From a virus (lineage: Duplodnaviria; Caudoviricetes): a stretch of 24,549 nucleotides of DNA. How positions within the stretch are numbered: position 1 is the first letter of the stretch; each line of letters opens with the position of its first letter. A model generated the notes under the pieces. The model saw nothing but the letters and a program-made list of their open reading frames with translations, did no database searches and was not told the origin of the DNA. Shown one piece after another: positions 11,636 through 21,119 of the stretch. The stretch covers positions 1-24,549 of the IMG/VR virus record IMGVR_UViG_3300037498_000015. One strand, given 5' to 3'. The position numbers and the translations under genes are program-made.

Positions 11636-12276
11636 ACTATTCCCTCATCTAATAACGATGCAAATTGAGTTTTTAGAGCCGTGAACGTTGCAGCATTGAC
11701 GGGCGGACTTACCGTTGTTCCACCTCCTCCGCCTGCTATAGTTTGAGTCATTGCCACGATTGCGTCAATCAAAGACAAAAGAAGTGTTTTTAAATCCGTA
11801 GCATCATTTTTAATTGCAATCTTTTTGCTCCCACCATTCAAACAAGCCGACTGAGAAGGGGCGATAATTGCATGAGCGGAGTCAGATATACCGACTAATA
11901 TCATGCCATCAGCAATCGAATGAACTCGGTTATCTCTCGGCTCTTTGATCGATCCATCAAGATACCAATTGTCGATATTTCTATCGTTAAAAAGGATAAG
12001 GCACTGGTCACCGGGCGCTATAGGGAACGTGATCGAAGCACCTCCACCGTTGAGGATGAATACTGGACAATCTTCTAACACTGGATATTCGATCTTATCA
12101 CCGCTTGCGAGCTGCCGTAAAAAGTTTATTTTCACGCTGGCCGTATTGCTTACTTCGTTATATGTTTGAATCGTACCGATTTGAACGCAATTAATAGACA
12201 ATGAAACATCTCTTTTCATGAGATTCATATAGTCTGAAAGAGTTGGCTCGGCTGCGACTCCTAGCGTTCTATTCAT
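11632..12276 (-). CDS. Baseplate central spike (Gp138 N-terminal domain type)
   Basis: YPVLEDCPV...GGASITFPIAPGDQCLILFNDRNIDNW...R-x-HSIADG. Confidence 0.85.
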   Translation of the reverse strand: MNRTLGVAAEPTLSDYMNLMKRDVSLSINCVQIGTIQTYNEVSNTASVKINFLRQLASGDKIEYPVLEDCPVFILNGGGASITFPIAPGDQCLILFNDRNIDNWYLDGSIKEPRDNRVHSIADGMILVGISDSAHAIIAPSQSACLNGGSKKIAIKNDATDLKTLLLSLIDAIVAMTQTIAGGGGGTTVSPPVNAATFTALKTQFASLLDEGIV

Positions 12277-12288
12277 TTAAAAACCTTT

Positions 12289-13191
12289 CTAGGATAAAAC
12301 CCTATACTCATTTGTGGCCCTATCTGCGACTAGATTGACCAGCTTGACTTGTTGCATCGTTATGTTAGTCCTACAATCTCCGCCTATCGCTCCCGATATC
12401 ACTCCTCGGTGAGTGAATCCAGTTATTTTATATGTACCGTTGAATCTCGTATCAGTCGATGATTGAAGCTCTATCAGTTGACTCGGCTTGATTCTCGGCT
12501 CAAAAAGCATTTCTATTTCGACTAAAGTTTGCTGCTTTTTAGGCGTTCCCAATAGACCGTTATCTGCATTAATTAGCTTAATATCACCTGCTATTACTTC
12601 GCTGTTATCGAGAGCGTAAAGACTACCACTGTCGATATAAGTTTGATTCTGCGTGATTTGTGTTAGTGCGTCCATCGGATTGCCTATCAGAGGTAGAGCT
12701 CTAAGGCTTAGATCAGTAAATTTTTGGCCGATAGTCTTACCCATGATTCCCGTCATGCCAGCCGCTATTGTTTCAATCGCTTGTTTTTGTGACGTTCCAG
12801 CCGGTAGCGTTGTGTTGACGGTACTTGACGACATAGCAATCGTTCCATCATAAGCTTCTATTGTAGTTCTAAAGTCTGGTCCGGCTCTGTGACTGAATGC
12901 TTTTCTTATCTCACCGTTGAAACATCTCGGGAGCAATATTTGGCTGTTCCCGTCATTATAACCAGCAAAAAGTTGTATAGCTTTCATCTTGCCAAAGTCG
13001 TTTATGTCTTTATAAATCTTTGATCGAGTCGCTTGATTCAAATTGTAAACAACAAAATTACCGGTATTAGCTGCCGCTAGATTGTTTCTCACAATATTAA
13101 ATTCAAGAGTAAACGGGCTCTTTATTTCGATATATTGATTATCGTCGATTTCAATTTTTAGGATATATTCCCTATTAAATTTATTTGACAT
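12289..13191 (-). CDS. Baseplate hub protein
   Basis: VYNLN, LFAGY, F-x-G-x-I, GLLGTP and G-x-YKI motifs, upstream of the spike. ATG at 13191 follows GAGG. Confidence 0.75.
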   Translation of the reverse strand: MSNKFNREYILKIEIDDNQYIEIKSPFTLEFNIVRNNLAAANTGNFVVYNLNQATRSKIYKDINDFGKMKAIQLFAGYNDGNSQILLPRCFNGEIRKAFSHRAGPDFRTTIEAYDGTIAMSSSTVNTTLPAGTSQKQAIETIAAGMTGIMGKTIGQKFTDLSLRALPLIGNPMDALTQITQNQTYIDSGSLYALDNSEVIAGDIKLINADNGLLGTPKKQQTLVEIEMLFEPRIKPSQLIELQSSTDTRFNGTYKITGFTHRGVISGAIGGDCRTNITMQQVKLVNLVADRATNEYRVLS

Positions 13192-13516
13192 ATAGAGCCT
13201 CAACCTCTTCTATATCAGCCTGGTCAAGCATATAAAATTTATTATCAGTCAACCAAGAATCAATGGTCAAAGGATCTATTGCATTCACTCCTTCGATCAG
13301 GATGCCAAACGGTATTATGTTTTTAAATTGACGCAATATGTTATCAGAAGTTGCGACCCTTTCGTTATAAAGTTCAAACGTGCCCCATACAATAGACATG
13401 AACCATCCAAACTGTTCGGGCTTAAATTCAAGCGTAATTGTCGCAGTGTCGTAGCCATCAATTACGGCTTTGAAAGTTTGTTTAGGTCGATCATTTAAAG
13501 CTGAAATTAAATACAT
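13181..13516 (-). CDS. Small baseplate protein (plug/hub-associated)
   Basis: P-x-QTF...W-x-MSI pattern and synteny between the Dit-like and hub genes. ATG at 13516 follows AGAGG. Confidence 0.6.
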   Translation of the reverse strand: MYLISALNDRPKQTFKAVIDGYDTATITLEFKPEQFGWFMSIVWGTFELYNERVATSDNILRQFKNIIPFGILIEGVNAIDPLTIDSWLTDNKFYMLDQADIEEVEALYVK

Positions 13517-13526
13517 GTTAACCTCT

Positions 13527-14327
13527 CTACTTTCCAGTAACGGCATCGCTTATATTCGTTAAGATAGAGCCGCTTTTGGGAATGACTCCCTTATCTTGAG
13601 GTGCGGCCTTTTGTGCTTCGACTCTACCGACTAAAGTACCTACGTTGGTCTCTGTGCCGATGAATCTCATCTCTTTAAATGTCAGCGTGAAAGTTGTCTC
13701 ATATATGCTTTCTTCACTCTGATCGGCTGTCCAGTTTTCTATCATCATATTTTTGTAGGTCTTCCACGGTGTCTCAATAGACAAAAGAGAGCGACCTAAA
13801 AACATCTGTTCAAAAACATAGAAAGCTTTTTGCTGGGCGTTCCTTGATGGATCATCTGCAAAGATATCGTAAATGCTATTAAGCACCTTCTTAGCACTTC
13901 CCACGGCACTTGTAAGTTGATCGACGGCAGATATGTATTGCATTGCCTGCGTCCCCATCGCTGGGCTTATTACCCCAAGCGGTGAGAGTCTATCGATAGC
14001 CGCTGAAAGAAATGCAAGTCCTGCCTTCTTTGTATACACTAGTTCAGCGACTTTACCCGTCAACGTAACTTTCACGGGATCAAAAGCTGCGTGATCTTGT
14101 ATCGAGTAGTTTGCTTCGGTGTAGTGATCTGTTATTTGAGCCGAGTAAGTCGCATTCTCCGTCATATTGATATCAAACAAAAACCCGTCAATTCCCTTGA
14201 CCGGCCTCTTATCCTCCGAAGTAAAGATATTACTTATCAAGGCGACTCCTGCCGGTATCAACGTCAGAGCACTTCCGCCCACTAAAATGCTATTGCTCAC
14301 ACCACTGATTGAATTTAGTACAGCCAT
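13527..14327 (-). CDS. Dit-like tail tube initiator / baseplate protein
   Basis: FLFD...ITDHYTE...IQDHA...P...TLTG and T-x-x-KTYKNMMI...F-x-LTFKE. Directly follows the tape measure. Confidence 0.75.
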   Translation of the reverse strand: MAVLNSISGVSNSILVGGSALTLIPAGVALISNIFTSEDKRPVKGIDGFLFDINMTENATYSAQITDHYTEANYSIQDHAAFDPVKVTLTGKVAELVYTKKAGLAFLSAAIDRLSPLGVISPAMGTQAMQYISAVDQLTSAVGSAKKVLNSIYDIFADDPSRNAQQKAFYVFEQMFLGRSLLSIETPWKTYKNMMIENWTADQSEESIYETTFTLTFKEMRFIGTETNVGTLVGRVEAQKAAPQDKGVIPKSGSILTNISDAVTGK

Positions 14328-14338
14328 TATTTAAACCT

Positions 14339-15727
14339 CTATTTTTCGGAAAATTGGCCTTTTTCTAGCTTCCTATGTTCACTTGAAATATAGTTTTTCA
14401 TCTGATCAACTATCGCATTCGGGTTGTTTGCCCCATCGATATTAAAAGTTATGTTGCTATTTATAGTGTTTCCTTGCGGAGGATTCATAAGAACACCAGA
14501 GCCCATAGGTAAGTTGGGCGCGTTCTCTACTGATGGTTGATTGAATCCTTTGAGTTTGTCTATAGTATCCTGCGCTTGTTGTGCGTAATACTCTGAGTGA
14601 TCACCGATTGTCATGATGCTTCTTAGTCCATACCAAAGTCGGATAATACTCTCAATTGATACTTCTATGTCAGTGAACCACTCAAGCATCCTGCCAAGCA
14701 TCGAATCATCACCACGGACAAAGGACCATAGATCCTCGAAGGCAAGACCTAGAGCTAGGATAGTCGCGGTGATAGGGAAGAAAGCAGCGAATAGAATTCC
14801 TGCCATCGTAGCGAGTACAGGCATGAATTTTTGGATCGAATCCATATAAGGATTTACCTTATTTGTCATCTCAGAAAACATAATCGTAACTCGGTCAAAA
14901 GCATATAGAATAGTGTTAGCGATAGGAGTCAAAAAAGAAGCCATTTTTTGAAGTGCTCTTTTTGATTGCTCCCATATTCTATTGAATTCAAAATTGAAGT
15001 TCTTGAGTCGCTTAATTTCCTTATCAGTTAGGATGGTCTCCTCATTTGTCGGCTTAAGATTTTCCTTGTTTCGAAGGAAGTAAATCAGATCATCAGAGAG
15101 ACCTAGATCCTTTGCCATCGCAGTGCCGAGAGTTGTCGGCATCTTTTTTAACTTGACTGACAATTGATCCAAAATCTTTAGAGGATCATCGTGGGGGTTA
15201 AGTCCTAAGAATTGAAAAGGACCAATATTACCGCCCTTCCCCAGCATGATATCGACTGAGTTTTTCTGGAATCCTGCGACCGCACCAGCTAGATCATCCA
15301 TACTCGAACCTGACTGTGCTGCCATGTCCCCTAGTCGCTGCAATTTGTCGGTTGATAGTCCAGTAGAGCTAGATATCTTGTCGATATGGACTGCGGCTTG
15401 CGCTGCTTTATTTACGAAATAAGTCAGCGCACCAGCGACACCAACAAGCTGTAATCTTGCTGCGTTCATCTTGCCGAAATAGCCTTGCATCTTGTTGTTG
15501 ACCATGCCAAGCAAACCAACATTGTCCTTGTTTTTCTTGTTCAAATTTTCAGTAGTGCTTATCATCTTAGCACCCATTGAACCAATGACCTTATGCAGTT
15601 TTTCAAGAGCATCCTGTAGAGCTTCGGTTATCTCGCTCGTATTAGTTAGTGTATCGTTAAAGGCTGCGGCCTCTCCCGTACCTTCGGACTTAAAACCTAA
15701 TGAAAAAAACAATTCACCTAATTGCAT
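14339..15727 (-). CDS. Tail tape measure protein (short, ~462 aa)
   Basis: Helical Ala/Leu-rich protein starting MQLGELFFSLGF, with a hydrophobic segment (AFEDLWSFVRGDDSMLG). Follows the chaperones. ATG at 15727 has a GGGAG RBS. Confidence 0.8.
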   Translation of the reverse strand: MQLGELFFSLGFKSEGTGEAAAFNDTLTNTSEITEALQDALEKLHKVIGSMGAKMISTTENLNKKNKDNVGLLGMVNNKMQGYFGKMNAARLQLVGVAGALTYFVNKAAQAAVHIDKISSSTGLSTDKLQRLGDMAAQSGSSMDDLAGAVAGFQKNSVDIMLGKGGNIGPFQFLGLNPHDDPLKILDQLSVKLKKMPTTLGTAMAKDLGLSDDLIYFLRNKENLKPTNEETILTDKEIKRLKNFNFEFNRIWEQSKRALQKMASFLTPIANTILYAFDRVTIMFSEMTNKVNPYMDSIQKFMPVLATMAGILFAAFFPITATILALGLAFEDLWSFVRGDDSMLGRMLEWFTDIEVSIESIIRLWYGLRSIMTIGDHSEYYAQQAQDTIDKLKGFNQPSVENAPNLPMGSGVLMNPPQGNTINSNITFNIDGANNPNAIVDQMKNYISSEHRKLEKGQFSEK

Positions 15728-15974
15728 CCCTCTCCCTTTCACTTATCAAGTAGCTCTGATTTTCGTATTCATGCTTGAATTTTAAATAGTCGTATGCTTC
15801 ACAAACCAAATCTACTCTCTCATTATACAGAATCTCAGGCGATCCGAAACCGTTGCTTGATAATTCCATTATAACAAAACGGTAGTGATCAATCTTTATA
15901 TCAATTTTAGGAGATGATCTTTTGTTTTTCGGGCTTAGTTTTTCCCGAAAAATGTAAGAAGATTTGCGAAAAAA
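15714..15974 (-). CDS. -1 frame extension of the tail assembly chaperone (gpGT-like)
   Basis: Open -1 frame overlapping the end of 15935..16321 and filling the gap to the tape measure. Slippery T TTT TTC at 15974-15968. Confidence 0.65.
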   Translation of the reverse strand, partial: FFRKSSYIFREKLSPKNKRSSPKIDIKIDHYRFVIMELSSNGFGSPEILYNERVDLVCEAYDYLKFKHEYENQSYLISERERDAIR

Positions 15975-16321
15975 GGGGAGATATTGGCTCTCAGGGCGTA
16001 AAAAACGCAAGGTAAAAAGTCCATCCTTGCAGCGATTGGCTCAAAAGTTTCGTCGTTTATTTTTAGACCATTATAAGTACAACGGCTGAAACACTCTTTA
16101 GCTGCGTCTATAATTTCTTCGCTTGATAGAATGGCACAAAGGGGCGATTTTAAATCTACAATATCAGTAATTGCAATATTTTTAAAATCGATCCCTTTGA
16201 TATCCAAGTCGATCTTCTCGAAGGCTTTGGTCACCCGTTGAGTTACACCCCACGCCTTGCAGTAAGGCAGCGGGGTGATCTCTAATTTAGCTCCTGACGG
16301 GAGTGCTATTTTCTCGCTCAT
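15935..16321 (-). CDS. Tail assembly chaperone (gpG-like)
   Basis: Lies between tube and tape measure. Ends in PFF...FFGKN encoded by slippery runs. Confidence 0.72.
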   Translation of the reverse strand: MSEKIALPSGAKLEITPLPYCKAWGVTQRVTKAFEKIDLDIKGIDFKNIAITDIVDLKSPLCAILSSEEIIDAAKECFSRCTYNGLKINDETFEPIAARMDFLPCVFYALRANISPFFANLLTFFGKN

Positions 16322-16322
16322 C

Positions 16323-16778
16323 TTATGTCAACGCTCTGTCAGAAGTAGCAAAAATGTAGGTGTAAACTGCAAGTGCTTGCTCTACGTCACCCTCAACATT
16401 GACGACTGCCTCAACTTGCTTTGATGGAATGCCGCCTGTGAGGATGTAGGTATCTGCGAGAGTTACGCCTTTACCGTCACCAATCTTTTTCACTATCTCG
16501 GCATTCTGTAGCACGAAAGTTGTCGGAGTTGATCGATAGAGAGTCAAGAGCGATTGCAAAAACTTGTCGTCAGAGGATCCCCTCAAAACTTTGAGCTCCA
16601 TCGTCGCTTGAAAGCCCGAAGCGTTCTGGACGAAAATGGTGTTGCCATTCTTACCAGTTTTTACAGTTGCGAGCTCTGTCGAGTAGCTGATTTTTGCTAT
16701 TTCACCGTGACCGAAGTCGTTTAAAATTCTCTCGCCTATCTTAATGGTGTCATCACCAAGTACGCTAAAAGTTGTCAT
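16323..16778 (-). CDS. Tail tube protein
   Basis: 151 aa, beta-rich, immediately after the sheath. TGKNGN and S-x-DD-x-FL motifs. Confidence 0.78.
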   Translation of the reverse strand: MTTFSVLGDDTIKIGERILNDFGHGEIAKISYSTELATVKTGKNGNTIFVQNASGFQATMELKVLRGSSDDKFLQSLLTLYRSTPTTFVLQNAEIVKKIGDGKGVTLADTYILTGGIPSKQVEAVVNVEGDVEQALAVYTYIFATSDRALT

Positions 16779-16802
16779 ATTTTTGATCCCTTTTATTAGA
16801 GG

Positions 16803-17936
16803 TTACTTATTAAAATTTACGATTACAGAACTACTATGGATTGCTCCTGAATACTTAAGAGCAACCTGACAAACTGGCGCTTTTCTCGCTTCTCTATCTG
16901 CTACCGATTGCTCGGTGAGAGGCAAAGAATAAATAAAGTAACCGAAGTCGCTTATGTTCCGTTTGAAGTCTTCAGGCTTTCCGAACGTATCGGAACCTGT
17001 CCAAGTGCCTGCAGCCAGAAAACCGTTTGAAACTGCCTGGACTAAAACTTGTCTGTAAGCCGATTTTAGTCCATCCATACCTTTCTCGGTCTGCGGTATC
17101 TTTGTGCCAGTTTGACGTAAGAAGTTGAAGCCTGCGACCTCGAGTGCGCCTACGATCCAATCAAGATTATAAACATCATCAAAGAAACTGTTTGCACCGT
17201 GCGAGAGTACACAACTTTGGCCAGCGATATTTACATACACATCGGCTCCTACGGCTGCGGCAGCGGTAAGCTGTGATTGTGTCATTGCAATATTTGAAGC
17301 CACGCCCACAATGCTTTTTAGATTCATTGTCGAGGAGGTTGCCACGCCAGAGAAGTTGGTCGACATTGCGCGACCTGCATAGCCCCAGCGAAAGTCGTCA
17401 AGTTCATCCGCGACCGTATGATAGATCGTCCTTGTATGGCTATAACTCTCATCTTTGATCGAGTAGAAAAGACCAGTTGGCCCTACTAAGTCGGCTTGTG
17501 TGCTACTTGTAAGGAAGAAAAGTTTGCCTGCTGCCTCGCATATTGCAGCCGAGTCAACGGCTTCTGTTCCTGCGAGAGTGAAAGCATACGAACAACCACC
17601 GAAATAAAAGAGAGTCATCGCTCTTGTGATTGCATCGTCTAAAGTCTCTGTCGATGGAGTTGTCAACATTGGGACTACGACGAAAAGACCACCACCAGAC
17701 ATAATGTTTGGACTCTGAGAGAAAACCGCGAGAGCTGCTTTGTAGGTCAAGCTTGTTGAGCCCCACTGTGCTGCTACTTCGGAAGGCGAGCTATACACTG
17801 CATAAGTATCAGTCAAGGCTACGGCTGGCGTGTCTTTTGTAAAGCAAGCGAGGTTGTTTATATTGTAAGCTGCAAGTCCTGTGGGTGCTACACTAACGCC
17901 CACATTGATCACGTTGGTAATATCAATCATTCCCAT
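16803..17936 (-). CDS. Contractile tail sheath protein (DUF3383 type, compact)
   Basis: I-x-NVINV, YKAA-x-x-FSQSP, FFDDVYNLDW, KIPQTEKG, REARKAP and SGAIHS motifs. Confidence 0.88.
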   Translation of the reverse strand: MGMIDITNVINVGVSVAPTGLAAYNINNLACFTKDTPAVALTDTYAVYSSPSEVAAQWGSTSLTYKAALAVFSQSPNIMSGGGLFVVVPMLTTPSTETLDDAITRAMTLFYFGGCSYAFTLAGTEAVDSAAICEAAGKLFFLTSSTQADLVGPTGLFYSIKDESYSHTRTIYHTVADELDDFRWGYAGRAMSTNFSGVATSSTMNLKSIVGVASNIAMTQSQLTAAAAVGADVYVNIAGQSCVLSHGANSFFDDVYNLDWIVGALEVAGFNFLRQTGTKIPQTEKGMDGLKSAYRQVLVQAVSNGFLAAGTWTGSDTFGKPEDFKRNISDFGYFIYSLPLTEQSVADREARKAPVCQVALKYSGAIHSSSVIVNFNK

Positions 17937-17951
17937 TTTAAAACTCTCCTA

Positions 17952-18461
17952 TTAAAGCTCTATTTCATCAATCGAGACTGGTCCGATATCGTCTATGTAT
18001 TCTGCACCTAAAATCATATCGTACTTTCTAAGAACCATCAAAGAAATTGATATCCTATTAAGCAGCGTTGCACCCTCTATTTGAGAAACTTCATTCATCG
18101 AGAAGGGGATAGAAGCTATTTTTAAAGCGTTCTCTTCCTGTATTTTTTGACTGTAGGTGGATTTTAGCGATCCTAAAACTTCCGTATATCTCTGAATGGC
18201 TTCGGTCGTATAGCTAAACAGATCGACCGTAATGGTTTCTTGCATGTATTGAGATAGGTTATCGTTTAAGCCTGCCCCTTCGACCGCTGTAACGATGTTA
18301 TTATTACCGTATGCTTTCATTCCCATCAGTCCGACAACAACATATAATCGACGATCCTCTGGAATCTCTCTCCGTTGGTTGTATATCCAAACTTGAGACT
18401 TATCTAAACTCATTCCCTTTTGGAGAATATCGCAGATAATTTGTGGGGTAATCTTTGTCAT
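17952..18461 (-). CDS. Tail terminator / neck protein
   Basis: Position directly upstream of the sheath, size, and NQ-x-x-x-IP motif. Confidence 0.62.
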   Translation of the reverse strand: MTKITPQIICDILQKGMSLDKSQVWIYNQRREIPEDRRLYVVVGLMGMKAYGNNNIVTAVEGAGLNDNLSQYMQETITVDLFSYTTEAIQRYTEVLGSLKSTYSQKIQEENALKIASIPFSMNEVSQIEGATLLNRISISLMVLRKYDMILGAEYIDDIGPVSIDEIEL

Positions 18462-18814
18462 TAGGACCCCTTCGAGTAGTCAGAAAGTACACTGTATTCA
18501 ATGAATCCAAACTGAGCATAATCAGTTTTTGAAAGGATTCGATATCTTTTTGAATCAACGCAATCAAATATCACAATATCATCTATCCCCAGATCAAGAG
18601 AGGAGTCAGCATAGATGGTTTCGCTATTCCACGCCCGTTGACCTTCTGATTTCATAGCCAAGTCCTGACCAGTTGGGACCCGAAAAATTTTAACAGTGTA
18701 ATTGATGATTGACTCTTTTACTTCAAAATCAACCAGCGACTTGCATACGACAAAAACTGGTGTTTCTACTGCCCAATGCATCACCGCACTTTTCATGTTC
18801 GGAAACGAAGCCAT
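18461..18814 (-). CDS. Head closure / head-tail adaptor protein
   Basis: L-x-x-x-x-EGQRAW...D-x-VIF...YRI...DY-x-x-FGF-x-EY and synteny. Confidence 0.65.
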   Translation of the reverse strand: MASFPNMKSAVMHWAVETPVFVVCKSLVDFEVKESIINYTVKIFRVPTGQDLAMKSEGQRAWNSETIYADSSLDLGIDDIVIFDCVDSKRYRILSKTDYAQFGFIEYSVLSDYSKGS

Positions 18815-19356
18815 TAGCTCACTACCTCAAATGATATTGATTTTTTCATCTCGCCTGTGTCTTGTAAAATCTTAGTTCCTTGTCTCGCTTTTTTCATCAA
18901 AGCATCACCACGTAATTTCGGATTTTTCTTTTGTGCTATGCTGAAATTTTTTCTACTTCGTATCGTACTATCTGCGAGAGGTGCCCAGTTTGGACCTTGC
19001 GCCTCGAAGGTATCCATTACGTAGTTTACCCATTGCGCACCTATTTTTTCCATAATAGTCGAACCATTGCCCGAAGCTATTTCTTCCGTTATTTTCTTCT
19101 TATTTGCATCGATGAAGGAAGTAAATTCTTCTTTCCTACTGGCCATTGTTTGGCGCAAAAAAGACCTTTGAGGGATTCCTCTTTTTTGACTGCCAAACTC
19201 ATGAATCGAAGCGAGCTCTACCGCTCCTATGTTGCCTTCGTGATTGGCACCGGCTAAGACACCTATTTTAACTTTGAAATTCTTAGCCATGAACGTAGCA
19301 ATATTGTCGATTGATTCTCTATTTATTTTAAATTCTTTTTTTGTTTCAGACACCAT
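18814..19356 (-). CDS. Virion morphogenesis / tail completion protein (HK97 gp10-like)
   Basis: VKIGVL, ASIHEFG, IPQRSFLR, WAPLADSTI and LQDTGEMKKSI motifs. Confidence 0.8.
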   Translation of the reverse strand: MVSETKKEFKINRESIDNIATFMAKNFKVKIGVLAGANHEGNIGAVELASIHEFGSQKRGIPQRSFLRQTMASRKEEFTSFIDANKKKITEEIASGNGSTIMEKIGAQWVNYVMDTFEAQGPNWAPLADSTIRSRKNFSIAQKKNPKLRGDALMKKARQGTKILQDTGEMKKSISFEVVS

Positions 19357-19365
19357 CAACCCCCA

Positions 19366-19836
19366 TCAAAAGTAAGTTGTCGCGCCTTGATATACTGTCA
19401 CGTTACCGATCATCAGTGGTCTGATCAGTGATAAGTATTTTTGACCGTAGCGAGTGGTCGTGTATGCTCCAAGTACGGGATCATTAGTCACCCACGAAGG
19501 CATGGAATACGACTCAGAAACTGGTCCGACCGCTCTACTTGCTACTGGAAAGAATCCTGATGATCCGAGACCATTCGTAGCAGTTTGCAAGTCATTAACC
19601 AGATAATGAGCCGCAAGGTATAAAAACGTAGTCCGCAGTTGATCATCATCCGAGTGTAAACTTTCATTGAAGTTGATTTTTGCTTCAATGAAAGCCTTAC
19701 TAAGGTCGTCGTCCGTGACATAACTCGGACAGCAATCTGGTCTTGCTGTAGTTTGATTAGCCGGAATCAAATAGACAAAATCACGGCTAAACCATGCTTT
19801 GAATTGATCCAAAGTAATTTCATCAACCGTGATCAT
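19366..19836 (-). CDS. DUF4054-type head-tail connector
   Basis: FK-x-x-F, YLAAHYL, S-x-x-VG-x-VSESY and TRYGQKYL motifs. Confidence 0.8.
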   Translation of the reverse strand: MITVDEITLDQFKAWFSRDFVYLIPANQTTARPDCCPSYVTDDDLSKAFIEAKINFNESLHSDDDQLRTTFLYLAAHYLVNDLQTATNGLGSSGFFPVASRAVGPVSESYSMPSWVTNDPVLGAYTTTRYGQKYLSLIRPLMIGNVTVYQGATTYF

Positions 19837-19846
19837 TTTTTGTTTC

Positions 19847-20065
19847 CTAGTCGATAATTTTTACAAGTGCTCCAAAGCTTTTTGTAAGCCAGTCGGCTAC
19901 TTCTTCAGTAACCATAAGGACTTCACCAAATTTTAAGCTCTTGCCATCTTGTAGCTTAATCTCACCAATACGCTGCGAGAAGATCCGAACCAATTTAGGC
20001 TCGGACTTCTCTACATCAGATTGGCTAAGATCTTCTTTTTTCTCTTTAGCCATTTTTTCACTCAC
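19847..20065 (-). CDS. Small hypothetical protein after the major capsid gene
   Basis: Fills the gap between capsid and connector on the coding strand. Start could be GTG 20065 or ATG 20053. Confidence 0.6.
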   Translation of the reverse strand: MSEKMAKEKKEDLSQSDVEKSEPKLVRIFSQRIGEIKLQDGKSLKFGEVLMVTEEVADWLTKSFGALVKIID

Positions 20066-20068
20066 TTA

Positions 20069-21055
20069 TTAAACTGCGGTGTTGCCGAAATACAACATCT
20101 CTTTTTCACGCTGTGCGACGACTCCGGTGAAGGAACCGTATGCTACGTTTTCCCATGTAAACCCGTTGACTGTCCCGGCTGCAAGCTGAGTATAGTCAAT
20201 TGGAATATCCATCTTTACAGAGGATTCATCGTAGTTCAAAAGAACATAACGATTGTTTGTTGTATCAAAGTTTGCTTTGTCGCAATAAGCGCAGGATTTG
20301 ATCTCAAACGCTTTGTTACCTGTAAGAGTTCTAAACACGTCTTGAAGAATTTCAAGCTTTGTTTTTCCTACTGGGTAGGTTGAAGATGGAAAATTACAAA
20401 GACCGTTGAAGTCGGCTTCTGGAATGATGAAGTGAGAAGGCTTGCATGTTCTCGCTGCATTGCTTCTATAAGCTTCGTATACCGCACCAGCGAATGTATT
20501 GAATTCGTCGGCTGTCATTGTATTGATACGTTTTGTAATAGTCGATGTGTCAACCGTTACAGTCGCATTGTTAAGAAGACCAGTTTCAGCACCGAGGCCT
20601 AAGAACGCAGTTTCCTGAATACCAAGATCCCACTCTTTACGTCGAGCAAGTTCTCTACTCTCGATAAGAGAGAAAAGGGTATTGGCCATTAAGGCCTCTT
20701 GTAGTTCGAAAAGGTTGTACTCTACAGACTTGGCCCAGCTCATTACGTTCTGGAGGATAGAGTCATAAGCACTGTCAACGCGACTAAGGCGAGCACCGTT
20801 TGAAGCATTCGAGATAACGCCTGTTTTGAATCCTTCACCTTTGACGTAAGTTCTCCAGTTTAGGATCTGGCGCTTATATGCTCCGTTGCCCATAACTACA
20901 GGCATAAAGTCCGCAGGTGCGAGCTCATAAAATTTTTGCTCTGAAACTTTTCTGCCTACGGCTGTCAGAGTCGTAATGACTTGCTGATATCCCAAGCTAT
21001 TCTTCATCACTTCGCCGGTTGATGGATCAAAAAATTGTAGTTCTTTAGTTCCCAT
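20069..21055 (-). CDS. Major capsid protein (DUF2184 / HK97 fold)
   Basis: 328 aa after scaffold and decoration genes. AFLG...GLLN, P-x-x-x-IIP and RYVL motifs. RBS AAGGAG. Confidence 0.85.
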   Translation of the reverse strand: MGTKELQFFDPSTGEVMKNSLGYQQVITTLTAVGRKVSEQKFYELAPADFMPVVMGNGAYKRQILNWRTYVKGEGFKTGVISNASNGARLSRVDSAYDSILQNVMSWAKSVEYNLFELQEALMANTLFSLIESRELARRKEWDLGIQETAFLGLGAETGLLNNATVTVDTSTITKRINTMTADEFNTFAGAVYEAYRSNAARTCKPSHFIIPEADFNGLCNFPSSTYPVGKTKLEILQDVFRTLTGNKAFEIKSCAYCDKANFDTTNNRYVLLNYDESSVKMDIPIDYTQLAAGTVNGFTWENVAYGSFTGVVAQREKEMLYFGNTAV

Positions 21056-21094
21056 ATTCTTAACTCTCCTTCTAAAAGTTATTTTTCAAAATTA

Positions 21095-21113
21095 GAGGGG
21101 CGATATACCCCTC
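21095..21113 (-). promoter_or_regulatory. GC-rich stem-loop between decoration and major capsid genes
   Basis: GAGGGG-TATATCG-CCCCTC followed by TAATTTT on the minus strand. Confidence 0.5.
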
Positions 21114-21119
21114 ATTTAA

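Noticed and set aside
9368-17936. Stand-alone tailocin or extracellular contractile injection system
   Set aside because: A full head module (portal, protease, capsid, connectors) is contiguous with the tail genes. This would only be reconsidered if the portal stop is real.
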